Assembly (NCBI RefSeq): GCF_004010195.1
Contig: NC_057718.1
Span: forward strand, 31,178,839-31,231,523
Direction: 5' to 3'
Origin: Chiloscyllium plagiosum
Lineage: Eukaryota
Length of the DNA stretch: 52,685 nt
Under the pieces are notes generated by a model that did not search any database, was not told where the DNA came from, and was given only the letters and a program-made list of their open reading frames with translations. Both the position numbers and the translations under genes were made by a program. Every line of letters starts with the position of its first letter. Positions within the stretch are counted from its first letter, which is position 1. Below, one piece after another: positions 35,665-48,193 of the stretch.

Positions 35665-38659
35665 TTCGGGTGGGGCAGCATTGTTAATAAAGAAGGATCA
35701 ATGCAGTTGTATGGAAGGATAATGGCTCAAAAAATCATGATGTGGAATCTGCATTGGCAGATGTAAGTAATATCAAGTGGCAGGAAACATTGTTGAGTGT
35801 TGTCTATAGGCCCCCAGCAAAAATGAAAATGAAAGAGAATGTACTAAATGCACACATCTCTGATTTCTTGTTAAGGATACAACTATAATCCTTGGGGACT
35901 TTCATTTACACTTGGGTTGGATATATCAAACTAGAAATGGTTTTCTGGAGGAGGATTTCCTGAATGCCTGTGTGCTGATTTTTCAGACAAATACATTGAG
36001 GAACCAGCAGGAGAACAGGCTATTCTGGACTTGGCATGGTGAAATGAGAATGGATTGATTTAACAGTCTCCTTGTATATGTCCCTTGGTAAGAGTAACTA
36101 TGTTATGATAGAATTCTTTGTTAATATGGAGAATAAAGTAATCAAATCTGAAACTAGGTCCCTAAATAAATCTAAATAAAATGAACTATGAGGGTATGAG
36201 AGGTGAATAGGCAAGGATGGATTGGGGAACCTGATTAAAGGAGTCGACGGTGAATAAACAATAGTTTATATTTATAGAATGTGCCTGTGTATTACAACAA
36301 AAGTTTACTAAAGAAATTAGAAAATTATTAGAATCAAAACAGAAACATGTAACATTGCCAGAAAAAAAATCAGCAAACCTTAGGATTGGGAGCACATTAG
36401 AATTCAAAAAAAGGACAAAAACTTTGATCAAGAGCGGCAAAAACAAATATGAGAGGAAAATTGCAGGAAATTCAGAAACTGACTAAAAGCTTCTATAAAT
36501 GTATGAAGAGAAAAAGATTAGTAAAAACAAATAGAGTCCCTTACTGTAAGAAATTGAGGAGATTATAATGCGGAATGAATAAATGGTAAAAGATTTTAGC
36601 ATATTTAGTTCTGTCTTCACATAAGAGGGCACTACGAACAACCCACAAATGTTAAGGAACCAAGCACCTAGTGAGAGGTGGAATTGAAGGAAATCAGTAT
36701 TAGTAAGAAAACAGTGCTAGGGAAATTTAATGGGGTTAACAGTTGACAAATCACCAGGGCTTGATAATCTACATCACGGGATACTAAAGGAAGTTGCCCT
36801 GGAAATATTGGATGCAAATTTCTGTAGACTCTGGAGCAGTTCCTACAGATTGGAGAGTAATAAATATAACTCCACTATTTAAAAAGGGAGGGACAGAATA
36901 AAACAGACAATCACAGACCAGTTGACCTAACATTAGTAGTGGCAAAACGCTTGAATTTATTAAAAAAGACGTGATTACAGAACATCTGGAACGTAATAAT
37001 GCAATTGGACAAAGCTAGATTTAGTTTGTGAAAGGCAACTCATGCTTAACAAGTCTGCTGGAGATATTTGAGGATGTAACCAGTAGAATAGATGAAAGAG
37101 AACCAGTGGATTTAGTGTATTTGGATTTTTCGAAGGCATATGATTAGATCCCTCATGAGAGGTTCCCTCCATAAAAGGGAAAAATGAAACCACATGGGAT
37201 TAGAGGTAATATATTGACATGGAATTAGAATTGGTTGACAGACTGGACACAGTGCGGGAATAAATTAGTCTTTTTCCAAACGTTAGGCAGTAACTAGTGG
37301 GGTACTGCAAATGCTTGGGTCCCAATTATTTGCAAGATATATAAATGACCTGAATGAGAAAGCCAAATGCAACATTTTCAAGTTTGCTGATCATACAAAA
37401 CTGGGTGGGATTGTGTCATGTGAGGAGAATGCAATGAGGTTGACGGGTGACCTTACAGAGGTTTATAAAATCATGAGGGGCATGGCTAGGATAAATAGAC
37501 AAGGCCTTTTCCCGAGGGTGGGGGAGTCCAGCACTAGAGGGCATAGGTTTAGAGTGAGAGGGAAAGATTTAAAAGGGACCTAATGGGCAACTTTTTCCAG
37601 GCAGAGGGTGGTGTGTGTATGGAATGAGCTGCCAGAGGAAGTTGTGCAGGCTGGTACAATTACAGCATTTAAAAGGCATCTGGATGGGTATATGAATAGG
37701 AAGAGTTTAGAGGGTTATGATCCAAGTGCTGGTAAATGGGATTAGATTAGGTTAGGATATCTGGTTGGCATGGACGAGTTGAACCGAAGGGTCTGTTTCC
37801 GTGCTGTACATATTTATGACTCTAAATAAGTTGAGTTAATGGATAAACACATGGCAGATGCAGTACAACATGGCTAAATGCGATGTTATACATTTCAGTT
37901 GAAAACCAGGAAGAAATAGTAATATCTAAATAATGATCTATTGGCAAGTGTGGATATACAAAGGGATATAGGTGTCTTTATACATTAGTTAATGAAAGTA
38001 GACAGCCAGGTGCAGTAACAATTAGGAAGGCAAATCGTACATTGATCTTCATTTTGAGAGGATTTGATTACAGAAGTAGGAATATCTTACTGTAGTTGGC
38101 GAGACAACAGCTTGAGTGTTGTATGCAATTTTGGTCTCCCTACCTAAGAAAGGATTTACTTAGCATAGTGAGAGTGCAGCTGAGGTCCACTAGGATGGTA
38201 TTTGGGATTACAGGGCTGTTGTATGAGGAGAGATTGATTTGACTGGGTGTGTATTTACTAGCGCTTAGAAGGAAAAGAGATGATCAGATGTAAATTTATA
38301 AATTTCAACAGGGCTGGGCAGAACCAATGCAGGAAGGATGTTTTTCCTGGTTGGAGAGTCCAGAACCAGGGGACACAGTCTTAAGATACGTGATAGAAGA
38401 ATAAAGACTGAGATGAGGAAAGATTTCTTCACTCAAATGGTTGCAATGGAATTCTGTACGATAGAAAGTTATGGAGGCCAAATCTTGACTGTATCAAGAA
38501 GAAGATAGATACATTATTAAATTTTAAAGGCATCAAGGGATATGGGGAGAAAGCGGGAATATGGCATCGAGATAGAGGGTCAGTTGCGATCATATTGAAT
38601 ACAGAACAGACGAAAGGGCCAAATGGCCTATTTGTGCTTCTGGTTTCTATTGTTTTATG
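35665..38659 (+). mobile_element. CR1 LINE, near-complete ORF2 relic (APE endonuclease + RT + 3' UTR)
   Basis: VVYRPP, IILGDF, EP.GEQAILDL, SPG.D.LH..ILKE, VYLDFSKA, YINDL..KFADHTKLGG, 3' ggccaaatggcctatt..tttctattgttttatg; many stops. Confidence 0.92.
37441..37824 (+). mobile_element. Younger HER1/CR1 3' end nested in the older CR1
   Basis: GDLTEVYKIMRGM.R...LFP...TRGH; 3' end gttgaaccgaagggtctgtttccgtgctgtac..tatgactct shares the HE1 SINE tail; host RT resumes at ~37825 (tggcagatg). Confidence 0.9.
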
Positions 38660-39407
38660 CCCTGTTTGTAGATTTTGTGAAGGTGATAGAAGAAGGCTAT
38701 GTGGCTTTGTCGCACGATGAGGTGGGAAGCTGCAAGGAGGAAGATCTCCAGAGGATATGACATCATTGACATGTTGTAGAAATTCTCAGCTTGATGTTCA
38801 TTGTTGGGGTCATGGCCCAGAAGGAGATAGTAGAAAGTACCTGTGAAGTGCGTCTTGCCTCTGGAAGATAGAGTTCAGTCAGGCAACAATAGCACCACTC
38901 TTTTCAACAGGTTTGATAACAAAGACAGTGTTAAACCTGAGCAAGCAGGTTGTAGTAAGTTCAGAGGGAGAAAGGTTAGAGTGGGTGAAGGGAGCAAAGA
39001 AATTAAGGCATTCAATGTCATGTCAGCAGTTCTCAATGAAGAGATTAATTGCAAGGAAAAGATTAGAAGGAGGGGAGTATAGAGACAGGTGAAGTGTGTG
39101 TGTGATGGAGAGAGGACTTTTGTTCAACAAGGTGGGTAGGAAGGTGAAAACATCAGAAGAAGAATTTGATGTCACATCATGCTCGAAATTCCTTAATATG
39201 GGGTGTAAAAGGTTAAAACTAAGTCCTATGCTGACCACAGATTATTGACCATTAGAGAGGGGAAGGTCAGAGGGTATCATAAATATATGGTGAGAAATGG
39301 GATTTGAATGAGAGGAAAGGGGAGGTGAAGAGGAATTCAATGGGCTATCGGTTCCTAAGTCTTCAGTATGGCATTTGTGTAGATCTCTGGATATGGCAGC
39401 AACAGCT

Positions 39408-39545
39408 GTCGGAGGTTAAACATTACACAACTTCAGGTTATATTCAAACAGGTTTATTTGGAAGCACTAGATTTTGGAGCACTGCTCCTTCATCAGGTGA
39501 TTTTTAACTTTGTATTTCCCAGTCCAACATCGGCACCTCCAAATG
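39408..39545. mobile_element. Short PLE pLTR mini-element (family C) with short inverted arm and tail
   Basis: Left part matches 45547-45630, right part (gtgatttttaactttgt..ccagtccaacatcggcacctcc) matches 49438-49482; decayed hammerhead on - strand cctgatgaaggagcagtgctccaaaatctag. Confidence 0.8.
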
Positions 39546-41559
39546 GTAGGTGTCTGGGCAATATTGTTTATTTTAAAGCTAGCTTTCAAGTAAAGCTGCC
39601 TGGTCATACCTAGCCATAGGTCCGATGGATACTATTTTTGGGACCTATTATTAAGAATGATATTTGTTAAGGATGACTATTCCTTCCCCTGTGTCTGATT
39701 TACAGATATGTATGTCCAGGTTAGCAACGTTGCATGTAAAAAAAAATCAGACAAATCATTTGGAATCCTGCACTATGCGTGTGCTAGATCAGCTAGGCAT
39801 GCTTTCAAGAATTCAGCATCTTCAGTTGTTGCCGGTTTTGCCGGGACACCTGGAAGGGGAGATAAGAATTTGAACTCGGCAAATATCTCTTACCATTTGA
39901 TGTGGGAGAAAGGTACAACAGGATTGAAATCATGCACAAGAACAAAGTCTTCACTTTCAGAGAGATTTATTTTGTGTTTAATAGTGTAGTTAATTGTATT
40001 TCCAAATCAGTTCTGCTTGAGTGAGTTTACAGTGCTGGCATGTTTCAAAAAGGTACTGGTTATGATAAGGTCATCTATTGAAGAAATATAGTTTCATATA
40101 GTCGACAATGTTGTTTCCTCTTGTATTAGTATTCCTTCGAATGTCCTGAGTGCAAGCTGAACTGTTTCGACAATGAGTCACTCTTCAGCAAAAATCAATA
40201 GCTCAGTGTTTTTCAAAGTCACCAGTTCAAATGATAGAATATAGCAAATAAATAATTTTGTCCTTTTTTATAAAAGTAGCTATCGTTAATTTAGAATCAA
40301 CCTGAAAATATACTATTAACGTCCTTGCATTTTTAAAAAAGTTCATTCTGATTCAGTGCATTTTTCACATTCTTAAAGTTGAGAATACTGTTTTTTCTTG
40401 GACATTTTTTCTGGAGCAAGAGCCTCTGATTCATTTCAACTCCTTTTGGAGATTTAGTTATTGACCTGGATTTGGTGCCCAATCTTTATACCAACGTCTT
40501 AATTCCTCCTATTGGGTCGCAGTCCATATCAATCTATTGCTTAACAATTAAGGTTTGTTATCTTATTGATTTCAATGCTTTGGTGCTTTGAGTAGCTTTG
40601 AATACACTAGAACTTTTTAGCGAGAGATAGCAAGTCCAGCCATTCACACTATTTGCTAACACATTACTACCATAATGTTCCACCCTGTTAATTTCACATT
40701 AATAAAGGAAGTTATAGTTCCGTAAAGATCAATAGATTTTGGGTTTTAACTGAGCTAAAGGGGGGGCGGGTGTGGGGGAATAAAATGTTCTATCATGTGT
40801 TATAGATATAATTTACATAAATTAAATATTGAAGCTTTTTTTTGTTTAAACACTATTCCATAAACAGATTCCCTTCAGACACTTTATTTATACCTTGTCA
40901 GGAATACTAAACTGATTCATTTTAAAATCATCAGTGGGATTGATTTGACTTTGACTTTATTTTTGCACCTTTTCTGGAAACAAAAAATCTCCATGAACCA
41001 ATTGACCTGAATCAATCTTGTCACTGTCCTTGACTGTCAGGTACCCTTCCCTATTTAGTTAATTCCTTTATGTATATAACTGTTATATTTGAGGATCTAA
41101 ATTTACATGTTGATTATAGCAACTGATAGTTGATATGGAACATAAGTTTATTTTCCCTGAACTTATCAAACTAAACAAAGTTTTCCCAAATTTCTATTTG
41201 AATTATTTAAGTGAAAATGTACACTCACTCTCACTATCCTACTAATAGGATGACATCCAGTTCACTGTGAGCAATGTTATCAAAGATCACCTTTTATCTA
41301 TTTCTATAATATTAAAAGGTTTACAGGAGACAGGTTTGCTCAAAGCATAACTTACAGTGCAGAAACTTCACATTCTGCATCAAAATCCTTACCAACATTT
41401 TTCAGTTAACATTTATAATTGAAACTGATTATTTTAAAAATTGCAATGAATCTGTATTTTAATAAGTGCAATTGCACACCTGTCATTAGTTGGCACTGTA
41501 ATGTCTCTGGCTACCTTGTGCACTTGTCAAGGTCGTGAACTTGTACAAATCATATCAAA

Positions 41560-41930
41560 ACAACTTCTCCTTCCTCCTCACACAATTTTTCCCCAAACAC
41601 AGCCCTTTTTTCTCCATCTCTTCTCCCGAGGCCCTACCTTACTCTTGACCCTTACATGCACCTACACCCTAATCTCCACTCCTTCCCTTCCTGCTGTCCA
41701 CCTCCCTACCCCTGCCCAGAAGTCACACTCTTCCTCCGTTCCCCACCACTCCCTCTCCTTCCTCTCTGCTGGGTATTTACTCCCAATCTTCATCCCTTCC
41801 CTTCCTTCCTCACCTTTTAACCTTCTTGCAACCCATACGTCACTGATTCCTATAATCTTTTCTTACATAATATCCTGCTCCCAACCTCATCCCACTCCTC
41901 CCTCTTTGTCCACACACCTTTCACTAATTA
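41560..41930. repeat. Pyrimidine (C/T)-rich low-complexity tract
   Basis: Almost no G over ~370 bp. Confidence 0.7.
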
Positions 41931-42324
41931 ACCTTTTCATTTTGTCTATCTCCAATATCTTTTATTGAGGCAGTCTGATCCTGGGCATAGCCATACTTGC
42001 TTCTGTAAGTCTCATTACTCAGTTGTTAAATTTCATAAATTTCTTCCTGGTTTCTCTTTGTGTTTTCCTTTCTATTGTCTTGTGACTGTTGACCCCCAAA
42101 GGCATTCAACTCTACATTAGCCTAACCTTTAAATTTCACCCCTGTCGTCCCTCTGTCAGTGGGGTTTCACTTATTAATTTATTTCCAAAATGAGTCAGTC
42201 CTTCAAATAAATTTGAAATGGCTTATGGCAGTCCCATTGAATTTTGCTGTAGTTTGCATTCAATTTTGGGTAGTGTAACAGAGGAAAGATATATTAATCT
42301 TAACTTTTGAATGGAATACAGCAC

Positions 42325-42720
42325 ACACTCAACGAGACTTAAAAGGGTTAAGCTATGAGGATGCATTATATTACCTTCCTTTGAGATTTGCAGGTTGAGG
42401 GGTGGCCTTGTTTAAAATGATAAAGGTGTTCAAGATATGGAAAAATTATTTTCTCTGGTGAGGTAACCCAAAACTCAGGGAGACAAACTCATAATAGTTT
42501 AGGAAATTTAGAAGCAAAAGTCAGAAGTATTTTCCTAAACAAACATTGTTTTAAGATGGATGCTTCTTGATTTCCAGCAATGTGGATGTTGGATCAGTTG
42601 AAACTGTCAAAAGATTGAAGGATTCACATTAGTATATTGAGAAAGAACACAAACTGAGAGGAGACATAGAATAGCCAAGATCTAACAGAATGGCAGAATA
42701 TTGCCAATTCCTATTTGTGT
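42325..42720 (+). mobile_element. Highly degraded CR1 3' end
   Basis: aagggttaagctatgagga..aggttgagggg..tttaaaatgataaagg..attattttctctggtgagg..gatctaacagaatggcaga. Confidence 0.6.
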
Positions 42721-43344
42721 ATTCATTTATGACTCTTATTCTCAGAAATTTACAAAAGTAGCGTTATCTGATTTCAATGCATAAGTAAAAATGCCAGAAC
42801 TGAGATTTTGATTTAATCTCTGTAAATCAATGGCCTTTGATGAAATGTTATCCACAATTTATACAATAACTTTCTTATTATCGTGTCACAAATTGTTCAA
42901 ATAAGAAAAACACAAGTGTTCTATGAGTTACAAGTTTTAAAATTGCCAGACACTTACGACAAGAGCCATATATATTTCTGGTAACATCTTATTTAGTCAC
43001 AATTTATCCATTATAGTAAGTGAATATCGTTTTCAAACATATTCTTCCAATGAACATCAGTTGTCTTATTAGTTTTGTTCATTGTCTTGCTGGCAGATCA
43101 TCCGCATTTTATGGCATTGCTGCATTAACCTATAATTACACATTTCTGAAATGTTGGAGTTAAAATGTAGGTTAATTCCAGCCTTGAAACTCCCAGATCT
43201 GTTAGGTCCACTACCATTATTGGTGTCATCACCTATAGACCCTGCCTTCACTACCTAATGGCTGTCACCCACTGTAATCTTGAGCAATGCTGTCACCATT
43301 TGTAGCATTCCAATTCAAGACGTTGGCTCATTTCCAATGAGAGC

Positions 43345-44035
43345 GGGAGAGAATTTAACCTCATCCCTGGCATTCAATGGTATTACCATCACAGAACCAC
43401 TATTAGCATTTGGGGCTTACCATTGACTATAAACTGAACTAGACTAGCCAGGTAATTACTAGACAAGGTCAGAGTCTAGGAATCCTGCAGCAGATAACTC
43501 ACCACCTAACCTCCCAAAGCATGTCCACCATCTAGAAGGCATAAGTCAGGAGTGTGATAGATTACTCCTCACTTGCCTGAATGAGTACAGCTCCAACAAC
43601 ACGTAAGAAACTTGACACTATCCAGGACTAAGCAGTCTGCTTGATTAAGACCACATCCACAAACATTTACTCCCTCCACAGTTCTTCCCCAGTAGCAGTC
43701 GTGTATAATCTAGAAGTTGAATTGCGACAACTCACAAAGGCTCCTCAGATAGCACTTTCCAAATCCCTGTCCATGCCCACCTAGACGGACAAAGGATACA
43801 CCACCATTTGCATGCTCCCCTTCAAGCCACTCACCATGCTGACTTGGAAATACATTGTGTTCTTTCAGTGTTGTTGGATCAAAATCCTGGAACTCCCTCC
43901 CTAATGGCATTGAGGAGGCATCTGCACCAAATGGACCAAATGCAGTATTTCAAGAAGGTAGTCTACTACCACCTCCTTAAGGGCACTGAAGATAAACACT
44001 AGATTAGCCAATGCAGCTCATATCCCACGAATTAA
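43345..44035 (+). mobile_element. RTE-X/Zenon-like LINE 3' fragment
   Basis: ggggcttaccattgactataaactgaact..aggcataagtcaggagtgtgat..cttgacactatccaggac..tggaactccctccctaa..catatcccacgaat; reverse-collinear with 18165-18830. Confidence 0.8.
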
Positions 44036-45914
44036 CCAAAATATATTTCTATATACATTGTCTGTCTACTCATGTTATTCCTGTTGCTAGCCTTCCTACA
44101 TCGTAAATCCCCGTTTTGTCCAGACTTTCACTTTCACTCACCACCAGTAGCCTTTAAGATGCTTTCACTCCATCTTCACTTTCAAAAATTTCAAATGGTT
44201 TTTTTGTAGCTGAAAGGTTGATAACCGTAGGGGCACAGATTTAAGGTAATCGACAGAGAAAAATTGTTGACCGGGAGTGTGCTGGAATACAGTATACCAA
44301 GATATGAATAAAGGTTTCAGCAGCATGTGACCTACTTGAAGTGTTTTCAAGGAATTAGTAGTTAGCCAGTCTTGATGACAGAGCAGTTTATTGTGGGTAT
44401 GAATAAAGCACCAAACATGATCCATAAAAGGCAAATGAATGATGCAGTTTTTTTGCAAGCCATTATTTTATCTGTGGGATATAGATTCTGACCTTGGCCA
44501 AACTGAATGATTGCCCTCTTCATTGGTCGGTGTCATCAAAAGTTAGCGGTCTAAAGGTCAATTAAAAACGTAAAGAACAAATTTCCACTATTGAAAAATA
44601 TTGCTGTCTGTATGTTATGATAATATCTACTGAAGGTATTTAATATCCCTCATTGAAAGTTAGATGGATAACTAGTTAAGATAATTCATGAAGGTTAAGG
44701 CAGTGAAGGAACCGCATGGTTACAATTCATTGCTTTTAACCAGATAATCATAGTAGATCAGTCTAATATTAAAATACAAATGTATGTTCCTTTAAAAAGG
44801 TGTAATGATTCCACATTCTGAAATCAGTGTTGAAACCAGTTGCAGAAACATATTCTTCCAACATCAATTGCTGACAATCTCTTAGCAGAAGCAGAGTACT
44901 GTACACAGTAAACAGTTCTTTTAATTTTTCTCCATTTTTAAGTTTGAGTTACTGACTATCACTTTGGTGAGAATCTACCACTCTGAATTTAAAGTCTCTT
45001 ATTTTAATTATCTAAGTCTTTACACAAAAAATAGCAATTGCTATAATCTATTTAATTTAAATTGTAAGCACACAGAACAACATTAATAACAGATAGAAAG
45101 TACGATTCTTGACCTAAAACACTGAGCAGAATTTAGTGTCATAGAAAAGCCAACATAAAACATTTGTGGCGTGGCAGTCTCCATCCCTCTGAGCGTGTGA
45201 TGGGGGAGCCTATGATAGGCCTCCCTACCTCAAAGCCAATTAAAACTCTTAAGTGAGTAATTAATACAATTAAGGATCTCAATTAACTACCACTGGTATT
45301 AACTCAAAGGGGGACAGAGGACTTGCGATGCAGGAACATGACGATGAGTCGAGTGCATGGTTACTTAATTAAGTGTGATTCCCTAAGTCATTCACTATTG
45401 AGTAATTTCTGATTCCCTCCCCACCTCACCTGTGATAATAACCGAGTGTCCATGAGGAGAGGGATTGTGCAAAGATGTAAATTGTAGTAGTAATAGTTCT
45501 TAAAGAGTTAATGCTGAAATTACAGTTATTTTACCAAATCTAATAAGTTAAAAATCACATAACACTAGGTTATAGACCAACAGCTTTGTTTGGAAGTACT
45601 AGCGTTTGGAGCATTGCTCCTTCATCAGGTAACTAGTGAAGGAGGATCATAAGACACAGAAATGTATGTTCCTTTAATGTAAGGTTTTATAAAAAAAAGA
45701 CATCTCAGCTCAGACAATGTATTAAAGGTTTGAGGTTAGAGTCTGTCTGTATCCCAATCTCGAGTCAGACTGGTTTTATTTCAAAAGTAGGAATTTATAA
45801 AATATTACATGGATTGACTGCCTGCATTGAATGCCTGCAGATTGTATTTTGCTCATAAAGCATACAATGTGTCTGCAAATACAGTTCTGCAAATGCAGAT
45901 TTGCCCCATAGAAT

Positions 45915-46140
45915 TATATGTGTGTGTGTGCATGAGAGAGAGTGTGAGTGTGAGTGCGTGTAAGAGAGTGTGTATTTATGTGTATGCGTGAGTGTGACGG
46001 AATATAAACTTTGAGCGGGTGTGAGTATGGAGGGGTGTATGTGTGTGTATATGAGAGAGAGAGCAGGTGTATCAAAGAGGGTCTGTGTGAGTGTGTGAGT
46101 ATGCAAGTATGTGTGTGTGCATGTGTGTGAGTGTATAGTG
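45915..46140. repeat. Imperfect (TG)n/(GA)n microsatellite inside the PLE 3' region
   Basis: gtgtgtgtgtg..gagagagagtgtgagtgtg.. runs. Confidence 0.9.
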
Positions 46141-46275
46141 TAGTGGGCTTACCTGTACTGTGACATGAACCCAAGGTCCTGGTTGAGGCCATCCTTATCG
46201 GTACCAAACTTGGTTATCAGCCTCTGCTCAGCCACTCTGCATTTTGCGTATCCTGAAGTCTGCCTTGGAGGATGG

Positions 46276-47004
46276 TCACCCAAGATCTGAGACAGAATGT
46301 CCCTGACCATTGAAGTGTTCCCCGAGTGGGAGGGAACATCCATGTCTGGCAATTGTTGCGGGTTGTCCATTCATCCATTGTCGTACCGTCTGCCATGCCT
46401 CGGGGCATCCTTGCCTGCAGCGTATGAGATAGACAACGTTGGTCGAGTCACATGAATACCTGCCGTATACATGGTGGATGGAGTCCCCACATGTAATGAT
46501 GGAATCAATTTTGACACTCTGACATATCTTGCTGTGGTTGCCATGACAAAGGTGTACGGTGTTGTGGTTGATGTCCTGAAGGCTGGGCAGTTTGCTGCAA
46601 ACAATGGTCGGTTTAAGGTTTGGCGATTGTTTAAAAGCGAGAAGTGGAGGCATGGGAAAAGTCTTGGCAAGGTGCTCATCCTCATTGATAATGTGTTGCA
46701 GGCTGTGAAGAACATAGCATAGTTTCTCTGCTTCTGGGAAGTACTGGACAATGAAGGATAGCCTATCGGTTGCATCCTGTGTCTGTCTCCTGAGGAGGTC
46801 ATTACGGTTTCTCGTTATGGCACTTTGGAACTGGCAATCGATGAGTTGAGCATTGTACCCTGTTCTTATGAGGCCGTCCTTCAGCACTTTCAGGTGTTCG
46901 TTGCATTCCTCCTCATCTGAACAGATCCTCTGAATGCGTAGGGCTTGTCCATAGGGGATGTCTGTTTTAGTATGCTTAGGATGGAAGCTAGAGAAGTGCA
47001 GCAT
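46276..47004 (-). pseudogene. PLE ORF fragment: RT thumb, Cys-rich linker, start of GIY-YIG (YIGET segment missing)
   Basis: LHFSSFHPKH.K..IPYGQALRI.RICSD; C..N..KIC; YSCDSTNVVYLIRC..C, then jumps to QTVRQWMNG. Confidence 0.88.
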
Positions 47005-47075
47005 TGTGAGGTTATTTGTGGGTTTGCGGTAGAGTGAGGCGCTGAGTGAGGTGCTGAGGTGCCCATCTGTGGTGT

Positions 47076-47226
47076 AAAATTATGTCCCAATACATGTGTG
47101 AATCATAGTGTAACACATGTATTGGGCCAAGCAGTGGAATGTGGTGAAACGGTTAAAAATTATGTCCCAATACATGTGTGAATCTAACCGGAACACATGT
47201 ATTGGGCCAAGCAGTGGAATATGGTG
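47076..47226 (+). repeat. 80-bp tandem repeat with 14-bp-arm hairpin per unit (partial copy also at 48211-48277)
   Basis: cccaatacatgtgt-13nt-acacatgtattggg at 47086-47126 and 47166-47206. Confidence 0.93.
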
Positions 47227-48193
47227 NNNNNNNNNNNNNNNNNNNNNNNNNNNNNNNNNNNNNNNNNNNNNNNNNNNNNNNNNNNNNNNNNNNNNNNNNN
47301 NNNNNNNNNNNNNNNNNNNNNNNNNNNNNNNNNNNNNNNNNNNNNNNNNNNNNNNNNNNNNNNNNNNNNNNNNNNNNNNNNNNNNNNNNNNNNNNNNNNN
47401 NNNNNNNNNNNNNNNNNNNNNNNNNNNNNNNNNNNNNNNNNNNNNNNNNNNNNNNNNNNNNNNNNNNNNNNNNNNNNNNNNNNNNNNNNNNNNNNNNNNN
47501 NNNNNNNNNNNNNNNNNNNNNNNNNNNNNNNNNNNNNNNNNNNNNNNNNNNNNNNNNNNNNNNNNNNNNNNNNNNNNNNNNNNNNNNNNNNNNNNNNNNN
47601 NNNNNNNNNNNNNNNNNNNNNNNNNNNNNNNNNNNNNNNNNNNNNNNNNNNNNNNNNNNNNNNNNNNNNNNNNNNNNNNNNNNNNNNNNNNNNNNNNNNN
47701 NNNNNNNNNNNNNNNNNNNNNNNNNNNNNNNNNNNNNNNNNNNNNNNNNNNNNNNNNNNNNNNNNNNNNNNNNNNNNNNNNNNNNNNNNNNNNNNNNNNN
47801 NNNNNNNNNNNNNNNNNNNNNNNNNNNNNNNNNNNNNNNNNNNNNNNNNNNNNNNNNNNNNNNNNNNNNNNNNNNNNNNNNNNNNNNNNNNNNNNNNNNN
47901 NNNNNNNNNNNNNNNNNNNNNNNNNNNNNNNNNNNNNNNNNNNNNNNNNNNNNNNNNNNNNNNNNNNNNNNNNNNNNNNNNNNNNNNNNNNNNNNNNNNN
48001 NNNNNNNNNNNNNNNNNNNNNNNNNNNNNNNNNNNNNNNNNNNNNNNNNNNNNNNNNNNNNNNNNNNNNNNNNNNNNNNNNNNNNNNNNNNNNNNNNNNN
48101 NNNNNNNNNNNNNNNNNNNNNNNNNNNNNNNNNNNNNNNNNNNNNNNNNNNNNNNNNNNNNNNNNNNNNNNNNNNNNNNNNNNNNNNNNNNNN
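47227..48193. other. Assembly gap (967 N)
   Basis: Run of n. Confidence 1.

Larger units (their letters stand above)
34845..39400 (-). mobile_element. Neptune-type PLE RT relic (39400-38660 and 35662-34845) split by a CR1 LINE
   Basis: - strand motifs LS.GLSF (~39220), VIKPVEKSGAIVA (~38900), FYHLHKIYKQ (~38670) | GRPII (~35650), AMGT-like (~35290), IPFSQF (~34950). Confidence 0.85.

Noticed and set aside
32975..39400. Idea that the + PLE 3' half and the - PLE 5' half are one element broken by an inversion
   Set aside because: They overlap by ~100 bp with only family-level similarity, and the LINE pieces flanking the + copy remain collinear
39830..39853. GFAGTPG peptide resembling the CaMKII activation segment
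   Set aside because: No flanking kinase motifs (DFG, YLSPE); chance match
41501..41968. 155-aa Pro/Ser/Leu-rich ORF
   Set aside because: Explained by a pyrimidine-rich low-complexity tract that lacks stop codons
47076..47226. Palindromic repeats with short variable segments resembling a CRISPR array
   Set aside because: Eukaryotic context, no cas genes, the variable part is a 7-nt loop and the rest of the 80-bp unit is constant; lies inside an LTR
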